The position numbers were made by a program, and so were the translations under genes. DNA of 64,000 nucleotides from Tubulanus polymorphus (lineage: Eukaryota; Animalia; Nemertea): contig NC_134029.1 of assembly GCF_964204645.1 (NCBI RefSeq), positions 19,090,950 to 19,154,949 on the forward strand, written 5' to 3'. Of the stretch, positions 11,742 through 26,100 are shown one piece after another. How positions within the stretch are numbered: position 1 is the first letter of the stretch; every line of letters starts with the position of its first letter. The notes under the pieces are model-generated. The model was not told the DNA's origin. It made no database searches and saw nothing but the letters and a program-made list of their open reading frames with translations.

Positions 11742-14700
11742 TATAGCTGCAAAGCAGCGATAACGGGTTTTCTGGATGCATGTGATCGAAAGGAAAAATT
11801 AATTACCGGGTATTCGATGGAAAAAATAAAATGAGATGATTTGGATATTATCGGAGCAATCCTCTTTTTGGTTGAATGGTCGAACCCCAGTATAGTCCCC
11901 CGTGATTTGGAACTTCTCGGAGCCCTCCTTTATTTACTTACTAAATGACGTCACAAACTGTTATTTCACTGGTGCTTGTTGTCTAACAATTCAATTCAAT
12001 TCTTCATTTACCGTGACCTAATAAGTAATTTTAAGTTTCAAATAGGATGGAAAGTACATTCAGACAATCTGTTGGTTCAGAGAGACCGTTATTACAGTAT
12101 CAATTTATACATTTCGTTTCGAAGCTGTCAGTTGCCGAATCTGAATGAAGATGAATTTTATTTGACGAAATCGGCGGAAAATATATAATAATAATAATCA
12201 ACAGAATTTCAAGAGGGTTTTCGACGAAAGTCAGAAAACCCTAATAATTTCTACACACGAGGATAAGAATAGGGCTTTCTGTGAAGTAGCAGAAAGGCCT
12301 GATTTTGATAACTTAAGACTGTTGTTTCAGAATATAGGTAAAAAAAATCCTCCTAGGTAAAGATCCCCCAAATTCAGTTTTCTATCAAACTAGAATAGGG
12401 CCTGTATAATACGTTTTTACAACAATATTTAGGAATATGTATGAACATAGACATGTTTGTTTCGTTTAAAATATAATTCTTCATAGAAATTGATTTTCAA
12501 ACCGATGATAATGTCATTTTTGATGCATGTAGCTTGCCTAAAAGTCACAGAATAATGTCATATCTATACACGAAGCTTGTTAAAAGTCGCAGATTATCCA
12601 AGGTTAACTTCGTGACTCGGAGAATTTAAAATTTTTGGAATCATGGTTCTATATATCAAGGATATTGAAATATTTTGTTGAAATTTGTTGTGAATTCCAA
12701 TTTGGGGAGATTTATACCAGAGGGAATTTAATTATTACCTGCATTTTTGTTTTTTGTTTCCCCATTTGACCGAATGTTACCGGAAGTGGTTTAATATCAT
12801 ATAAATTAATTAATTTGCCCTTTACGGCTTTACATGCTCCGCTTTTAAGCTGATCTTCCTCCGATAAAAAATGAACGTATTTCATTCAATTATTTAACGA
12901 GAGATACGACGAAACGCTCTCGGAAATCATTGTATCGAATTTCGAGCATTTTTAGCCGCTCCACCCCTGTAAACGTCGTCGTTATCCGTATCGAATATTC
13001 TATATTTTAGCACCGTGTAAAACCTTTATTGGGTGCGGATGAATTAGCTTGATTGAACTTTTTATTGAACCGACCTTGTATTCTTTAATTAGGATGCTTT
13101 CATATCGGCGTGTAGGAGTTTACCTCGTTCCCTCCCGGCTATGCAACGCTTATTTATCATCATCATCTCATCATCAGAATGAACTAACTCATTTTTTCCG
13201 AAGCGTAGGAGGAATGGCCGAGGGCTTCGCGGGCGATGTACTATATGCAAAAAAATTTGAAGCTTCCAGCGTCGGGTCCAAGCTATATTAGCCGGTATAA
13301 GCTAATCTGACAGGTCGTGCAGAATGCCTTTAGATACAAGGAAAATGAGTCATTTTTCAAACTTTTCTTGGAGGAGGACCCCCCCAAACCCCCTTTAATG
13401 AGCTTCATCACTGGCAGATAATTGAGCAGTAATTTTTAGGAATAAAGTCAAATTTACTGGCGCATCCGCCCCTTGCCATCCTTGAATTTATTTAGAATAA
13501 AAAAGATTGCCTTATTGTATTGGCTTCATGGAGCCGGTCCGAAAAATTTCACTCAATTAATCTGGTTAATCAAATAGCGGTGGGAGGAGCCCCGTGAGAA
13601 AAATAGGGTCATCGAATAACGATTAATCACTCACTTTGTAATTGGTGTGCGTTCATTGTATGACGAAGTAAGGTTGTAAAACTTTGCTGATTTCATGCTC
13701 GGATTTAGGTATGTTTGAGCTGTGCTTATAATCATTTGGCTTCTAATGATATGTTTTGTGAAATAGATGCTTAGTTTCAGCATGGACTCTAACACGTTTT
13801 ACAGTCCATAGTTTCAGTTGGGTCAATGCTAGTGCTTTTGGTTTCCCAAATTGTATATTTATTTCATAAGCTTTACCAGTGTAATCTACTTCATCTCTGT
13901 TGCCGTGCGTATTAAGCTAAGGTTCTGGCCCCGAACCTCGCAAAAATGCTTAAAAAGTGCCCACTTTTACGATCAAAAAGTGCTCTTTATCAGTGAATTT
14001 AGATATCCTTTCTTCCTTTTCTAGACTATTTTTAAGAATGGTCCACTATGTCATTGCTGAATCTGAGTTACTATTACGTAACGTTGCTATTTTAAATGAT
14101 TTTCCAAGTGGATTGTGCTGATATTTTCAAGGCTACACGTGAGATGATGGATGGATGGTCTTTCGGTTCAGTTGAGGCGTATTTGCTGATATATTTTTTT
14201 CAAGGTTACATTAGGAAAGGTCTTTGCCGGTGGTAGTACTTCAAAGAGTAAACACGGTGAATCGTCGGAGGTCTTTCGATCCCGTTTGTGATTTCTGGGT
14301 CGTGGTAAATTTTCTTCGAGCAAATATGAAGTGATGGTTGTTGATCGATCGTGGACAGTTGAGCGTAGCCGAGATCGCGTAAGCGTTTTGGCCGTTTGAC
14401 ACCAATGTGAGCAGTTAACCCGGGCCTTAAGCCTGTGACTAGGCGAATTTTTTATTTTCTTCCGAGTAAAGATGCGTAGAAATCTTCGAGAGTCCGAGGA
14501 ACGCTCATCTTCCGTCATGTGCAGTGTGTTCGGTGCGATTTTCAGTCATATCAATTTGCGGGTTCTACATTATCATAGGTAGACATTTCAACTTAGTTAT
14601 TACATTTATTCATGCAATCTTCACCTGCCCGCTATGAATCACGCCGCCGTCTTCTGAGATGATTATCTTCTTTTTTTTCGTAAACAACGTGAACGCCATT

Positions 14701-14869
14701 TTTTAGTTCATCAGTTATTCACAGGAGTGTGTAAATCTAGTAACAGGTTATATATAAGCCTTTTATTCTTTGTCACGAGTTACAAGTTTTCTAGAATGCA
14801 AACTGTAACATCCCGATTAGACATTTATACTGGAATTAAGCTAATGAAAAATCTATATCAATTATATCT

Positions 14870-14960
14870 ATACTTCGATTTCAAAATCGAACCCCTGTTT
14901 CCGGCAGGTGTGATGGGTTCATAAGGGACGCCAAATCAAATCTAATTAACCAATCCAATG
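14870..14960 (+). repeat. Retroposon 3'-tail-like repeat; inverted copies at ~37660-37770 and ~39500-39615
   Basis: All three contain AAATC.AA..CC.CTGTT...C.GGCAGGTGTG.TG...T..TAAG...AC.CC.AATCA followed by an AATC-rich tail. Confidence 0.65.
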
Positions 14961-15561
14961 AATAATGGGACAACCGTTTCTATTTTGTGGTTGAAAAAAC
15001 AAGGTGTCAAAATCAGCCGGGTCCGATCATAATTACGAGTCTGCCCGTTGATCTTGTGCCCGGTGGCCTTAAGACCACATACAGACTGATGATTTCAACA
15101 TTAATCTTACGATCACGCGGCAATTTTTCATCGTTCGTCGCAAATGAAACTATTAATCTGTTGCCGATGAAGAAGTACTAAGCTGATTAGAAATTAATTT
15201 AAGCTCGATCAATCAATCATGTTTAATCGCCACCTATTCTTTGAAAACTGTAGGCCTATACCATCAGCTCGATGTTATATCCATTTCGTGTTCTTTTCCG
15301 AAAATAATCTATGTTCTCTTTTTTAAACAGCCATATCTCTATATTTACGAGTTTAACCATTCATGCAATTGCTCTATTCATTTGATTGATTTGATTGGTT
15401 GATTGATTTTTGTTTGATTGGTTGATTTGATTGAATTGATTGATTGATTTGATTTGATTTCTACCGGTATATCATTTTTATATAGTCAAATATCATTAGC
15501 GGCAAATGATTTTTTCAATGGTTGGGCCCTAAAAGCATCATATAATCTCATCAATAACTAG

Positions 15562-15716
15562 TGTAACGATTAAGAAGTGACTGTGAAATTACCCACACTC
15601 ACTCATTCAAACCCGGGTCTCGTACGTCGAAAGCAAGCGTGCTAACCAGTAGACCAACAGAACTAGTCCACTTGGCCAGTGGTTATACAGTCTGTCGTAT
15701 AGGACGATGCGTAACA
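15562..15716 (-). mobile_element. Solo-LTR-like element with tRNA-derived core
   Basis: Ends TGTAACG...CGTAACA (TG..CA short inverted termini), flanks CTAG/CAAG. The minus strand carries A-box-like TGGTCTACTGGTTAG and B-box-like CCGGGTTTGAAT. Confidence 0.55.
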
Positions 15717-17815
15717 CAAGATAACTCGATCATTTCGAGGATAAACCTTTTTTCTGAAGTTCGTACCTAGAAATGAACTCGAATCGAGCCATAACCAGCG
15801 AAGTAAATGGTAATTGGCTACCAATGGCAAGTATCGAGAGATCAGCGCGATAATGACCGGTATCAAAGAAAGCGCTGGTCGATCGAGTGTGTCCGACCAC
15901 AAAGTAAGTGATTTCGAGTGCGTCTACGACTGTAATAAACGATAAGGGTAGCGGCGGAACTAAGTGGATCGTTGAATCGCGAGTTCATAGATCTGATCTG
16001 ACCTCAAAGGCTGTAATGGTCGACGTCCAGCTCGATTCGACTTCACAATCGCAAATATGAAGTGATGGTTGTCGAAAGAACCCGGGAGACGTTGAGCGTA
16101 GCCGTGATCACTTAAGCATTTTTGGTCGTTTGCCACCGGTGCGAACAGTTAGCCCGCGCTTAAAGCCTGTGACAGACTGGGTGAATTTTCATTGGCAAAT
16201 TATACTCTGAGATTGCATCTTGTACCCAGGGAAGCGATGTAAAATCAAATCGAGTCTGAATCAATTTGCGCGAATCAAAAGTGCCGGATATTATCGACAA
16301 ATTTTTTATTGGCAATTGCTTAATTCACCCGGAGTGTGTGCGTTACCTTCACCGGATAAATTCAGCGAAATAAAAAATGCATGCGTGAATTTACTCAGGG
16401 AATCAGTCTTCGCATCGAATTCACATAAATGTGTCAACTTTACGCTCCTGATTTCTATCATTGACGAATACCGGGTAATATGGCAAATAAGCCAGGTAAA
16501 TTCGGCCCTACCAAAAACACCAAGACCAGGCCCATCATTCCGAAGTTAGCGAGAATAAGATTATTGCATGCAGGGGCGGATCCAGCGTTTTGAAAAAAGA
16601 GGGTTGCAAATGAAAGCAATTGGATGGGGAAGCCGTTCCAGCGGGAGCACCGATTGCGCAAAAAGCTAGTTAGGGTGTCTGGAGATTTTGGAAAAATAGA
16701 TGCAACGAGGTGCATTCTGAGCGTACCGTCCAGCAAATTATTTTCTTTTTATATACATGTATGTAGTGGCTTGAAAAAATTCTTAGCTCGGTAGAAAATA
16801 GGATGGGGGCGCCCCTGGCATGTGAATTTGTCGATTGGCGGAAAGTGGCCACCCTGACGTATATTAATCGTACAGTCGCATGTATTAATGAATATATATG
16901 CATGTGTGTGTGTGCATTTCGCAGCTACATCATCTGATATTACGTTTATTACTAGTTATTTCATCCCCACTCGTCACTCGTTTATATAGATATAGATTAT
17001 TTCACACATCGACACCTCCAGTGATTATGTTCGTCATCCTAGAAACCTCTCTCTCTATCTCTTTATGTGTGATATATATAAACTGATATCTCAGGGCCGG
17101 ATCTAGGGGGATAGATTTCAGGGTCCGGACCGCTTTCATCCCATTGAGGTTGCATTTTTTGTCAAGACACTTATCCTCTCAGAAAATGTAGCTTTTCGGA
17201 TCGATTTCTTCAAGAATATCTAACACCGATGGTGGTACCTTCACCAAGAACCTTAGAGTCTGATGTAGGTGTATCATGGTTGGGTACACCGGGATCGTAA
17301 AGAGTGACGGAGATCACTGTGGAAACAACCACTTCCAGGACTGGGTGGAGCGTGGAGGTGGAACCCCGCTTGTGGCGTTTAACGTGACTGCTTTTCTCTT
17401 TTCCTACTTTAGAAATTTTCCTAGATCTACCTCTGTGTCTATACGACGAAAGCATCTACGAGGGTTCCCGGTTGTTCCGGCTATTATTCTGCTCTCATGT
17501 TTTTACGAAAGCCGTAATCGTCGGCCGTATAATGATGTGGCATCATAGTTTTCATAAGTGATTACCTTAAATTCACTTGTTTCGTTCGCTCTAAGGATAC
17601 TCTATCATACTCTCAGCTGCATGCTTAGTTCGTAATTTCTCTGTTTTTATTAGTTTAATGAGCACACAGTGCCACAAACTATCACGCTAGATGGCGGTGA
17701 CAACGCGGTCAAAACTAAGTTCATTTTCGATGAAGGTTCATCCAGATTTTTTGCCTCCTAATTCAAAAATTAGGCAACTCATGTCTATAGACATGATATA
17801 TAGATTGATGTTTAA

Positions 17816-18069
17816 CCCTTTCAGTGCGTCTACACCACAGTGCGGTGTGTATGGATCGGTGATAGATTTTGCTAGTACACCGCACTGCGGTGTATTGATG
17901 TAATTAGTAATCAGTTTTTATCTCTATTGAAAGATTACAGCACCTGTAAAACATAGTGAAATACTAGTAACTAACGATACACCGCGCCGCGGTGTATACG
18001 CACTATAGTAGTATTCCCGTGATTCAACACACTAGGGGTGGATTTTTTCAAAATTTTCAAACTATCTCA
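17816..18069. mobile_element. piggyBac-type MITE, right end missing, inside family K copy
   Basis: TTAA-CCCTTTCAGTGCGTCTACACC start; body is the reverse complement of the 31737 and 51410 copies. Confidence 0.75.
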
Positions 18070-19396
18070 TAAACCATATGTTAGGAATATTTGTTCATCA
18101 TTCATGAGATTGCGAAATTATAGATACGCCTAGATTTTGATTGATTCTGAGACGAAATCCGTGGACTTGTTGTTCGAATGCCTGCTAGTGACACTTAGTG
18201 GATCCTCGCTAGCCACAAGCTGAATCCTCTATTGCCACAGTCGAATGCACAGTCCTCACTGAACGTCCGAAAAATTGAGAGCAGATTGCCAGAGGATTTC
18301 GTTGATGGAAAAGCTAAGAAGTATTTTTACGGTATAGCTAAAAGAGCCTGAGTTTGTTGGAGAATTTTCTGGATTGAACCGTGATAGGCATCTACGTACA
18401 CGTCTCATCGACTTATCTCGCTAATGATCGCAAGTTCTCTAATGGCACGCGTTGACATTTTCAGTCGCAAATTTGTTCACTGTAAAATGTACACCTGATC
18501 ACGGGAACATCAGAGGACTCGTCGAGTCTCTTGTCTATCACGGAAAGCAAAGATAACACGTGGCCTTAATCATCGTGTTTAGTTCGTCGTTGTCACGGGC
18601 TATGTGTAGATGAACTGATATACTTAAATCCCGTTCTCGACATTTAACACTGAATGGGTAAAGTATGATGATTGTAAAATGAACTACATCCGACGGTAAA
18701 CTGTCATCAGAATTCCTGATTTCTAAAAGCGTAGCGTTCGATGAAGTAGCTGGAGTCAACTAGTTGCACGGAAGTTTTCGGCGTGAGAGGAACTGGCTGG
18801 ATACAATCATTCGCTTGAATGTGTCGATGTTAGCTAAAATACGACTGGTAAGCTACAATCCAGACACTCCAGTTCCAGCCAGTTGCCCATGTTCTACTTT
18901 TGAGCAACTGGAACAAATCGTGGTCACATTGGCCCTATCGGGCTCGACCCACGCTAGAATTTGGTATGGGCCTGGTCTGATGCTTTTGTTCGGGCAGGGG
19001 TCAAACGAGCCTGGACCCATTTGGCCTAATCTGGCAACTTTTCCTGGTCCGTAAAGGCTTGTGATAGTTGAAATGTTTGTTGCCGCTGTGATAATGCAGT
19101 GCTGCCCTCTGTTGTGATGTCGACCAAGAGCATCGCGAATGAAGCAGAGTTCGTTCACATTGCCGGCGAATCAAGGCGAATCAAGATTGCGTCATTCCCG
19201 TGTGCCAGAGTTCAATAATATAACTGTGAAGGGTCACCTAGGAGTATGTACTCGGTAAGGGCACTGGTGACAGAACCGGAAGTACGAGTATACTCATAGC
19301 CGGCAGCGAACGTGTTAGGACTGCATCTTTGAGCATTTTGTCTTGCTTCTGTTGTGCCCGTTTTGGTTGCTGACAATTTTCGCAAAATGATGAGAA

Positions 19397-19619
19397 ATAT
19401 TCAACTATGTCTGAGTCTATAGATATCAACTATTATCAGTCCACAGGATTTTCATATTCTCCTTTGTTGACTATTTCCCCGATAGTGCCCCCAGGAGAAT
19501 ATCCCTCTTACTTTGTATTATATCAACTGTATCAACTATATTCAACTATGTCTGAGTCTAAAGATATCAACTATATCAGTCAGCAGGACTTTCATATTCT
19601 CCTTTGTTGACTATTTCCC
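19397..19619. repeat. ~80-bp direct duplication
   Basis: ATATTCAACTATGTCTGAGTCTA.AGATATCAACTAT...TTCATATTCTCCTTTGTTGACTATTTCCC occurs at ~19397 and ~19538. Confidence 0.9.
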
Positions 19620-20406
19620 AGTGAATGGCTGAAATACGTTTTTGAAAGAACGCCCTACGAGAAAGCTTTTCCATATCGAGCAGCACCATTTCATCGACTT
19701 CTCATTTCTCGTCGCTTTCGTCGCGTTTTTGCGTTCAGTCGACTTCAAACAGATAATCCGCGAACGAGCGAACTAGACGTAAAATTCTCTCTTCGTGAAA
19801 ATGTTGTCGTCACTGTCGTTTGAAAAACGTCTGTCATTCAGAACGCGAGGTGAATCAATTGAAATCAACCGGTTTTTACGGAGCTGCTCGTGACAGGTCG
19901 ATGTCTTAATTTTTCCGCGCGCGCGCTTAATCGGATGGATTACGTTAATGCGCGCCCCGCGCATACGTTTCATCGTCGTGGCGGCCAACTCTGCTCGTTC
20001 GCTTGGCTGAAGCAGCGGTCGTATTCTCAAAAGACCTCGCGTCGGGATTAGCCGAGAATCAGGCTTTCAACGCGCGCTCGCGTAATACTGTTGTTGACAA
20101 TACCCCCAGGAGAATATCCCTATTACCGCCGGTTCTTTGTACTTCGTATTTTTCAGCCGTTTGGACGGCTTACTGGCATTTTGTAATGACAGGACGTCGG
20201 CGGCGGTGTGGCTGTTTTAATCTTTTGTTTGTCGGAGATATCTGGCGATACGCGCGGAAAGAGCTCCGGTGACTCTTTTGTGAGTTAAAAGCAGCCGATA
20301 TGTCAACGTTATACGGTAAACCCGGCGTTACGTTTTTTTGCCAATGATCGTAATGGTTGCCTGTCAAACCGCAGCGATGAAAAACCTTACACGATCCCAT
20401 CGATGA

Positions 20407-20667
20407 CAGGGAGGCCACTGACCTGGAAAACTCAGAGAATCAGACAAAAAATCAGCGAAAACTGGAGGCATTTGACAAATTTGACCAATAGCATCGAAAA
20501 ACTCAGAGAATTGACCACCTGTTTCTTGATGAGTACATGATCCAATGGAAAATGAATGAATCGTTACAATTTTAAATCTAGAAATTTCTCTGATTCACGC
20601 AGGGAATTTTGTGTCATCACATGGAAAATTTAGGGACTTTATCAAATGGGTGGAAAGTGGTCACCTG
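20407..20667. mobile_element. hAT-like MITE; related fragment at ~58320-58523
   Basis: CAGGGAGGCCACT...AGTGGTCACCTG termini; CTAGAAATTTCTCTGATTCAC is shared with 58498-58519. Confidence 0.6.
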
Positions 20668-23600
20668 TGAAATGTCACCCTCAAATTGATATCGCATAAT
20701 CTCAGAAGATGCGGAGAAAGTACATAGAAATATTTTGTAGATTTCTGTCGTTATCTGTAATGAAAGTACCTGTTTTTTCTGAAATCTATACGTTTGATTT
20801 CTCGCTCAAATCGACGCGCAGTGGCTCAGTTCTGCCATCTATCCACATTCTTAGATATCAAGACACAAGCTATTTCAGCTATTCCACTGGTTATTAGACT
20901 GTGTCACGCTTCACTTGAAGAATCTACGCCTGCCTCGAGCGATCAACATTGATCAACATTCCAGTACATCACAGCATTACCTCATCAACGTTCAGAACTT
21001 ACGGTTTCAACCTGAGAATACCTTTGTAGTTTAGAGTCAGGAACTTGTGGGCAATCAGGCTAGCTGTGGGGTTCGGGATTCCCCTTCCACCCCATGAGAA
21101 AATTTCGAAGTCCCTTAAACATTCCACCCTCAAAAAATCGGGACTGAATATTTTCTGAAGAATCAAAATTAAGCTTTAACAACTAGAAAAAATATAGAAA
21201 TTCTGTTGTGGCAATTTGGTGTTCTGCCATTTTAGAAGTGTCCGGATATCATAATGTATGTGAGCAACAATATTGCGGCAAAGCATGGAAAACGGCCCCA
21301 AATTTCTGAAGTGGTTATCTCCTTCCTTTGGACCCTGAATCTACTCCTGTAGGGCCAACTTCCATCAGTAATATGTTGAAAATTCATAAAATTTCAGTAA
21401 ATGAGATGTTTTTTTTTTTTCAATTATTCTTGGAACATGTCAAAATGCTTTCTATCTTGCAAATACCAGGGTCCAGTGAGAGCCTTTTAGCTAAATTTGA
21501 CATTTCCTTGGGCAACATTTCTATGGTGTTGTTTGTTGCAAATTTCGACTGACTCCCTTCAACGTGACATTATCGAAATGATCTACTGCTTTGGATTTTT
21601 ATAAAATCGCGGCCTACTGTTATTTTTGAAGCGAAAATTATGTCTGGCCGCCGTAAAGAAGTGTGCTAATAAAATGCTTTGTTACGCGCGTATTACTGGT
21701 TTAATTGACCAATTTCGAGCGTTTAATAAAATATGATTCATACGCTTTCTCTTGCGGTAATTAGCGGCCAATTGAGGCTGTTCTCCTACTATTTGCAGGC
21801 TGTACGAGTACTCTGCGCACCAGATTGCCAGTTCTCTAACCATCGGGACTATAGCGCGCAGGTTTTTATAGTCGCGAGTTTTATTTCCTGTGCGCCGGAT
21901 GATGATTATTTTCATAACGTCTTTACAGTGCAAATATTATCGTTACAATTGATAAAATATTTCAGTAGATTCAACTGTGCTCCCAGCCGGCCTCAAACCG
22001 TGATTTATATTCGCGATTAACCGCAGATGATTTCAACAATGATGGAATATCTCCAACGGCCGGGATTCGGTATCGGCGGAGTATCTATAATCCGTCTGCC
22101 GTTGAGAGAGCGCGAATGAGATTTTAGACGATGATGATGACTTACTTAAAGTCTACGATGATTTTTTTTTCGTTTTCGTTTACAAACAGTCAGTGAAGAT
22201 TTCCCCGACGAATGTGGACTCATCGTTTATATGCGTAAGAGATAAAACAGCCGGATTTTGATTACCGGGTGAAAATAGAGAAAAAAACCGCGCGGCTTTG
22301 TCTCTCTCGTATTTTGCATTCGATTTAGACACTTAGCTGTTCACTTAGCGGGAACTTTTTAACGATGATGCAACAGTTCCACTCATTCGCCGGGTAGGAT
22401 TTTTCTTCGTTTGGTTCGATTGTCGCCGATATTTAAAACCGATATCGATATTCTCGTATGTATGCTAACATTTACTTATCAGATTATCCGGCGTCTTTCG
22501 AGTGTTTGTCTCGAGATTAACTTTGTACTGTTGATTAGTGTCAAATACTCACAACGAGGGCTGGTCACTTACTAACGGACACTCACTCGAAAATTATTGC
22601 GATGTTGTACTGGACTTTGTAATGTCATATGCGTTCGTTGTTGGACTTGCAAGTTACTCTCTATCTACCAGGAATTCTCCGTGCTAGCTCAGGGGGAAAG
22701 AGTGGAAATCGTTTTATGACAGCTGTAGACAACAATGGGTAACATGGATGAGGCTAGACTACTTATGTTAACGAACGGGTGAGTTACGATGATGATAATG
22801 ATGCTCTTTGTTATTCAGACTTTTTCTGAGATTGTTCAGAAAACCACCATTACTTTCGAAGCTAATGAAGCACCACGCATTACAATGACATTTATATAGC
22901 TATACTACACAGAGCACTATACAAGATCATTATTCCCCCCAATGCCTCTTACACACAGTGCTCTGCGCATTTTTTGTGGTTACGACTTTTTCCCTAAATC
23001 TCTGGGAACTGCAATATTTTTTAGTTAGTTCTCAGAACTACAATCTGCATACATCGTTCAACAGTTATTTTTTGGATAACGGATTTGATGTAATTTTCTA
23101 ATTATTAGTAATGGACATAGGTGAAAAAGCTTTTTGATGATGAACCTTGTGCATCAGTACTGTATTACTCTTGTGTTTGATGATGTTTGAAGATGTTTGA
23201 GCTCTTAACTGGAGGTGAAAACCCCTGGGCCCATGTGTTGCACAGTTGTGTCCATACGTGGTCTTAAATCTGTTCTTAAGTCGTTAGATTGGCTATAGAA
23301 CTAAGTTGGTCTCAGACTGATCTTAAGTCGTGACTTTGTACAGACCCCTGTATAAACGCACTGAGCCTAGCTTTATGGACAGTATCAATGCGAATACCTG
23401 TGGATCGGGTCCCTAGTTCTTGGTGTTAAATCATGGACTAGAGTCTATAGTTAGATTTTTAAGTTCAATCAGTTGTTTTTCAATGATTCGACCCTATAGT
23501 CTTAAATCAAGTTTTAGGTTTACTAGTAGCATTAAATACGTCCATGCTAGTGGTAAAGTTTCGTAGTAAAAGGGTCTAACAACTTGTCTTATTAGCTTGA

Positions 23601-24991
23601 CGGAAAGGTATGGTATTTGGTGTTTATATTATTTCATATAAGTTATGTCATTCCTATAACCAAAAATTCAAAAAGACTAGAATTTTTGATGTTACTCGCA
23701 TGATGAACATATATATATATATAGATTGTCATGATTTTCCGCGGTATCCCGGGTACAGGCAGCCTCCAGGGACTATCTGCACTGCTCAAGCAGTTAAAAC
23801 TGTGGGGGTATTGTTTTGTTTGAACACATCAGTAAACATTTGTTTGAAGTGGAAACTAAACACCCGCAGGCATTGAGCACCTAGATATTCATAAACAACA
23901 TTCAACTACTGACAATGAGGTATGGCCGTTTTTTGTTAATTACTTGTACAGGGGGGTTTTTTTTAAAGAAAAATCTTTTTTTTTGGTAACTGGCTTCTAA
24001 AAGTTTTTTCATTATTCGAGTATTTTCCTTATAAGATTTCGCAAAGATTGTGGAAAAGAAATGAAATAGGAGTGAAAATTGTATTGAATCGGATTCAAAT
24101 GATGGAAGAAATGAAGAAAACTAACTGTTTTCCAAATCACCGAATTAAGAGCGGACGTAACACAACTGGTAAATCTCTAGATTGCTGAATTTCACAGAAT
24201 TCCAGAAGGCAGGTCTTTATTCCAAGTAATTAATAAAAAGCCTAAATAGGATTTTAAAGTATTTTGGCTGAGAAAATGGTATTAATCCGGGCCTGTGCCG
24301 AAGGGGGTTCGGGTGTAGGGAATGAACCCACCAAAATTTTTCAAGTACCCGTCAAAAAGTCAATGTCGAAAAGTTTGGGTCAAGTTTTCAAAATTTGAAT
24401 GCAATTTTCATATTCTTTTGGAAAATGTAATGTAATCCATTGTCGAATGATTTATTCAGGTACCCGTGTACTTCATATTTATGATCTGTCCTTTTCAATA
24501 AGAAGTGGCCCTTTTTACGTTGAAAAAGTGCCCTTATTCTTGAAATAGAACTGCCCCTCGGCACAGACCTGGGATCGTTTCTCGTGTTTGAGAGCCACAT
24601 CAACATTTCTCTGTTGCTAACTTTTACCTCTAAGTCCGCAGTTAATTTGTGAAAATAAGTCTAAAGCAAAAAGAAATCTACACAAAATTATTTGTGCAGT
24701 TGAATAAGTTAATAAAGTGAAATTAACGTGTCTATTTACTGTGATACATCTGTTCAAAACCTGTTCGAATAGCTACACATCGGTAATTCTTGGGTAAACC
24801 CTTTGTTTTGCATTGCTGCTGTCAGTTTTCTGAGAGGTTATTCGGTTTTCTCAATTACCGGCTGATTAGGTTGATTGCGAACCTACTGGTTTTAACACTT
24901 GGTCAGGGTTTCACTTCATTAGCGTCATGCTGTATGGCATACCTGGTCAGTCAGTCAGTCTGTCAGGGTTACTGGGTACGTAGAATTTTGA

Positions 24992-25325
24992 AGCTACGTC
25001 TACACTTGCTTCTTATACCCGGTTTACGCGTCTACACTAAGCTCGAAACACCGGTGCAATGCAGTTTTCTGCAAAACCCGGATTTTAGAAATTCTTCTTG
25101 ATAAAGAAGGGTACACTCCGCATTGAACCCGCATTCGCATAAAACTCTACATTTTCTCTAGTGTAGACGGTAAACCTGCGTCCAATGCAACATTCGGGCG
25201 CCGTAATTGACCTTGAACTTGCACCACAGATGTGGATTCTTACAAAACGGTTTTTGTTGAACCAGGGTTCATCGAAACCCGGGTTAAACGAAACCCGAGT
25301 TCAACGAGCTAGTATAGATGTGCTT
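24992..25325. mobile_element. Harbinger-like MITE family C
   Basis: AGCTACGTCTACACT...AGTATAGATGTGCTT; body highly similar to 61989-62210. Confidence 0.75.
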
Positions 25326-26100
25326 ATACTATTTGAGAGTAGTTTCTACGACTTATATTCTAAAAAAATCAAAATCAGAATAATTTCTCGTTCATTTTCA
25401 ATTAAACTCGTATTATTGATATCAAATTTCTCACTACTTTCGCGAAAATTACTATGATTTGAGATATCAGGTATAGTCTGGCCTGTAAGTGAAATTTGTA
25501 GCCCTCAGATGTAAACCTCATGAGTTTCATAAACCATGGACTAGAGTCCATGCATAAACCAATGAGTTTTCTATTCCCAGTCTTTTATTCTGTCATGCAC
25601 AAACTTTTTTCCTCAGTTGTTAATTAGTTGCAATTAGCCAGTTTTCGATGTGTAGCTTGAAGTATGAATTTTTCGATAGATTTTCCTCGTTTAGCGCCGA
25701 CGAATTAGTCTAAATATTGGGCTTTACAACGCTAGACTAATACGCATAGTGCCTGATAATGGTAATTATTAGTTTGTGTGGGAAAGGTCGATGCGTTTTC
25801 GTAAATCGTCTCCATAAACCATTTGACATGGACGGTTCGTGTCTCGTAAATAAAGATATTGTTTTCGATCGCGATCTAATCGATTCATTAGACCCGGTCG
25901 TTTATTTATAGCTGTCTAATCAACAAGATTATTTTACGCAATCGGCACGAGGCAAATTTTTTAAAACTTGATGATTGACCGTATTAGGACTTTAATTGTC
26001 GAGGCTGAATCCAGGGTGATATACGTGACTGTACCTTTTGCTCGATTACAGGGGGGAGGGGAGGGGGAATGGGCAATAGCTCTTGAAAAGAGTATATTCG

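Noticed and set aside
22365-22399. Short ATG-to-donor segment (MMQQFHSFA GG|GTAGGA) in phase 2
   Set aside because: Phase-compatible with the BTB exon, but too short and the donor too weak to distinguish from chance.
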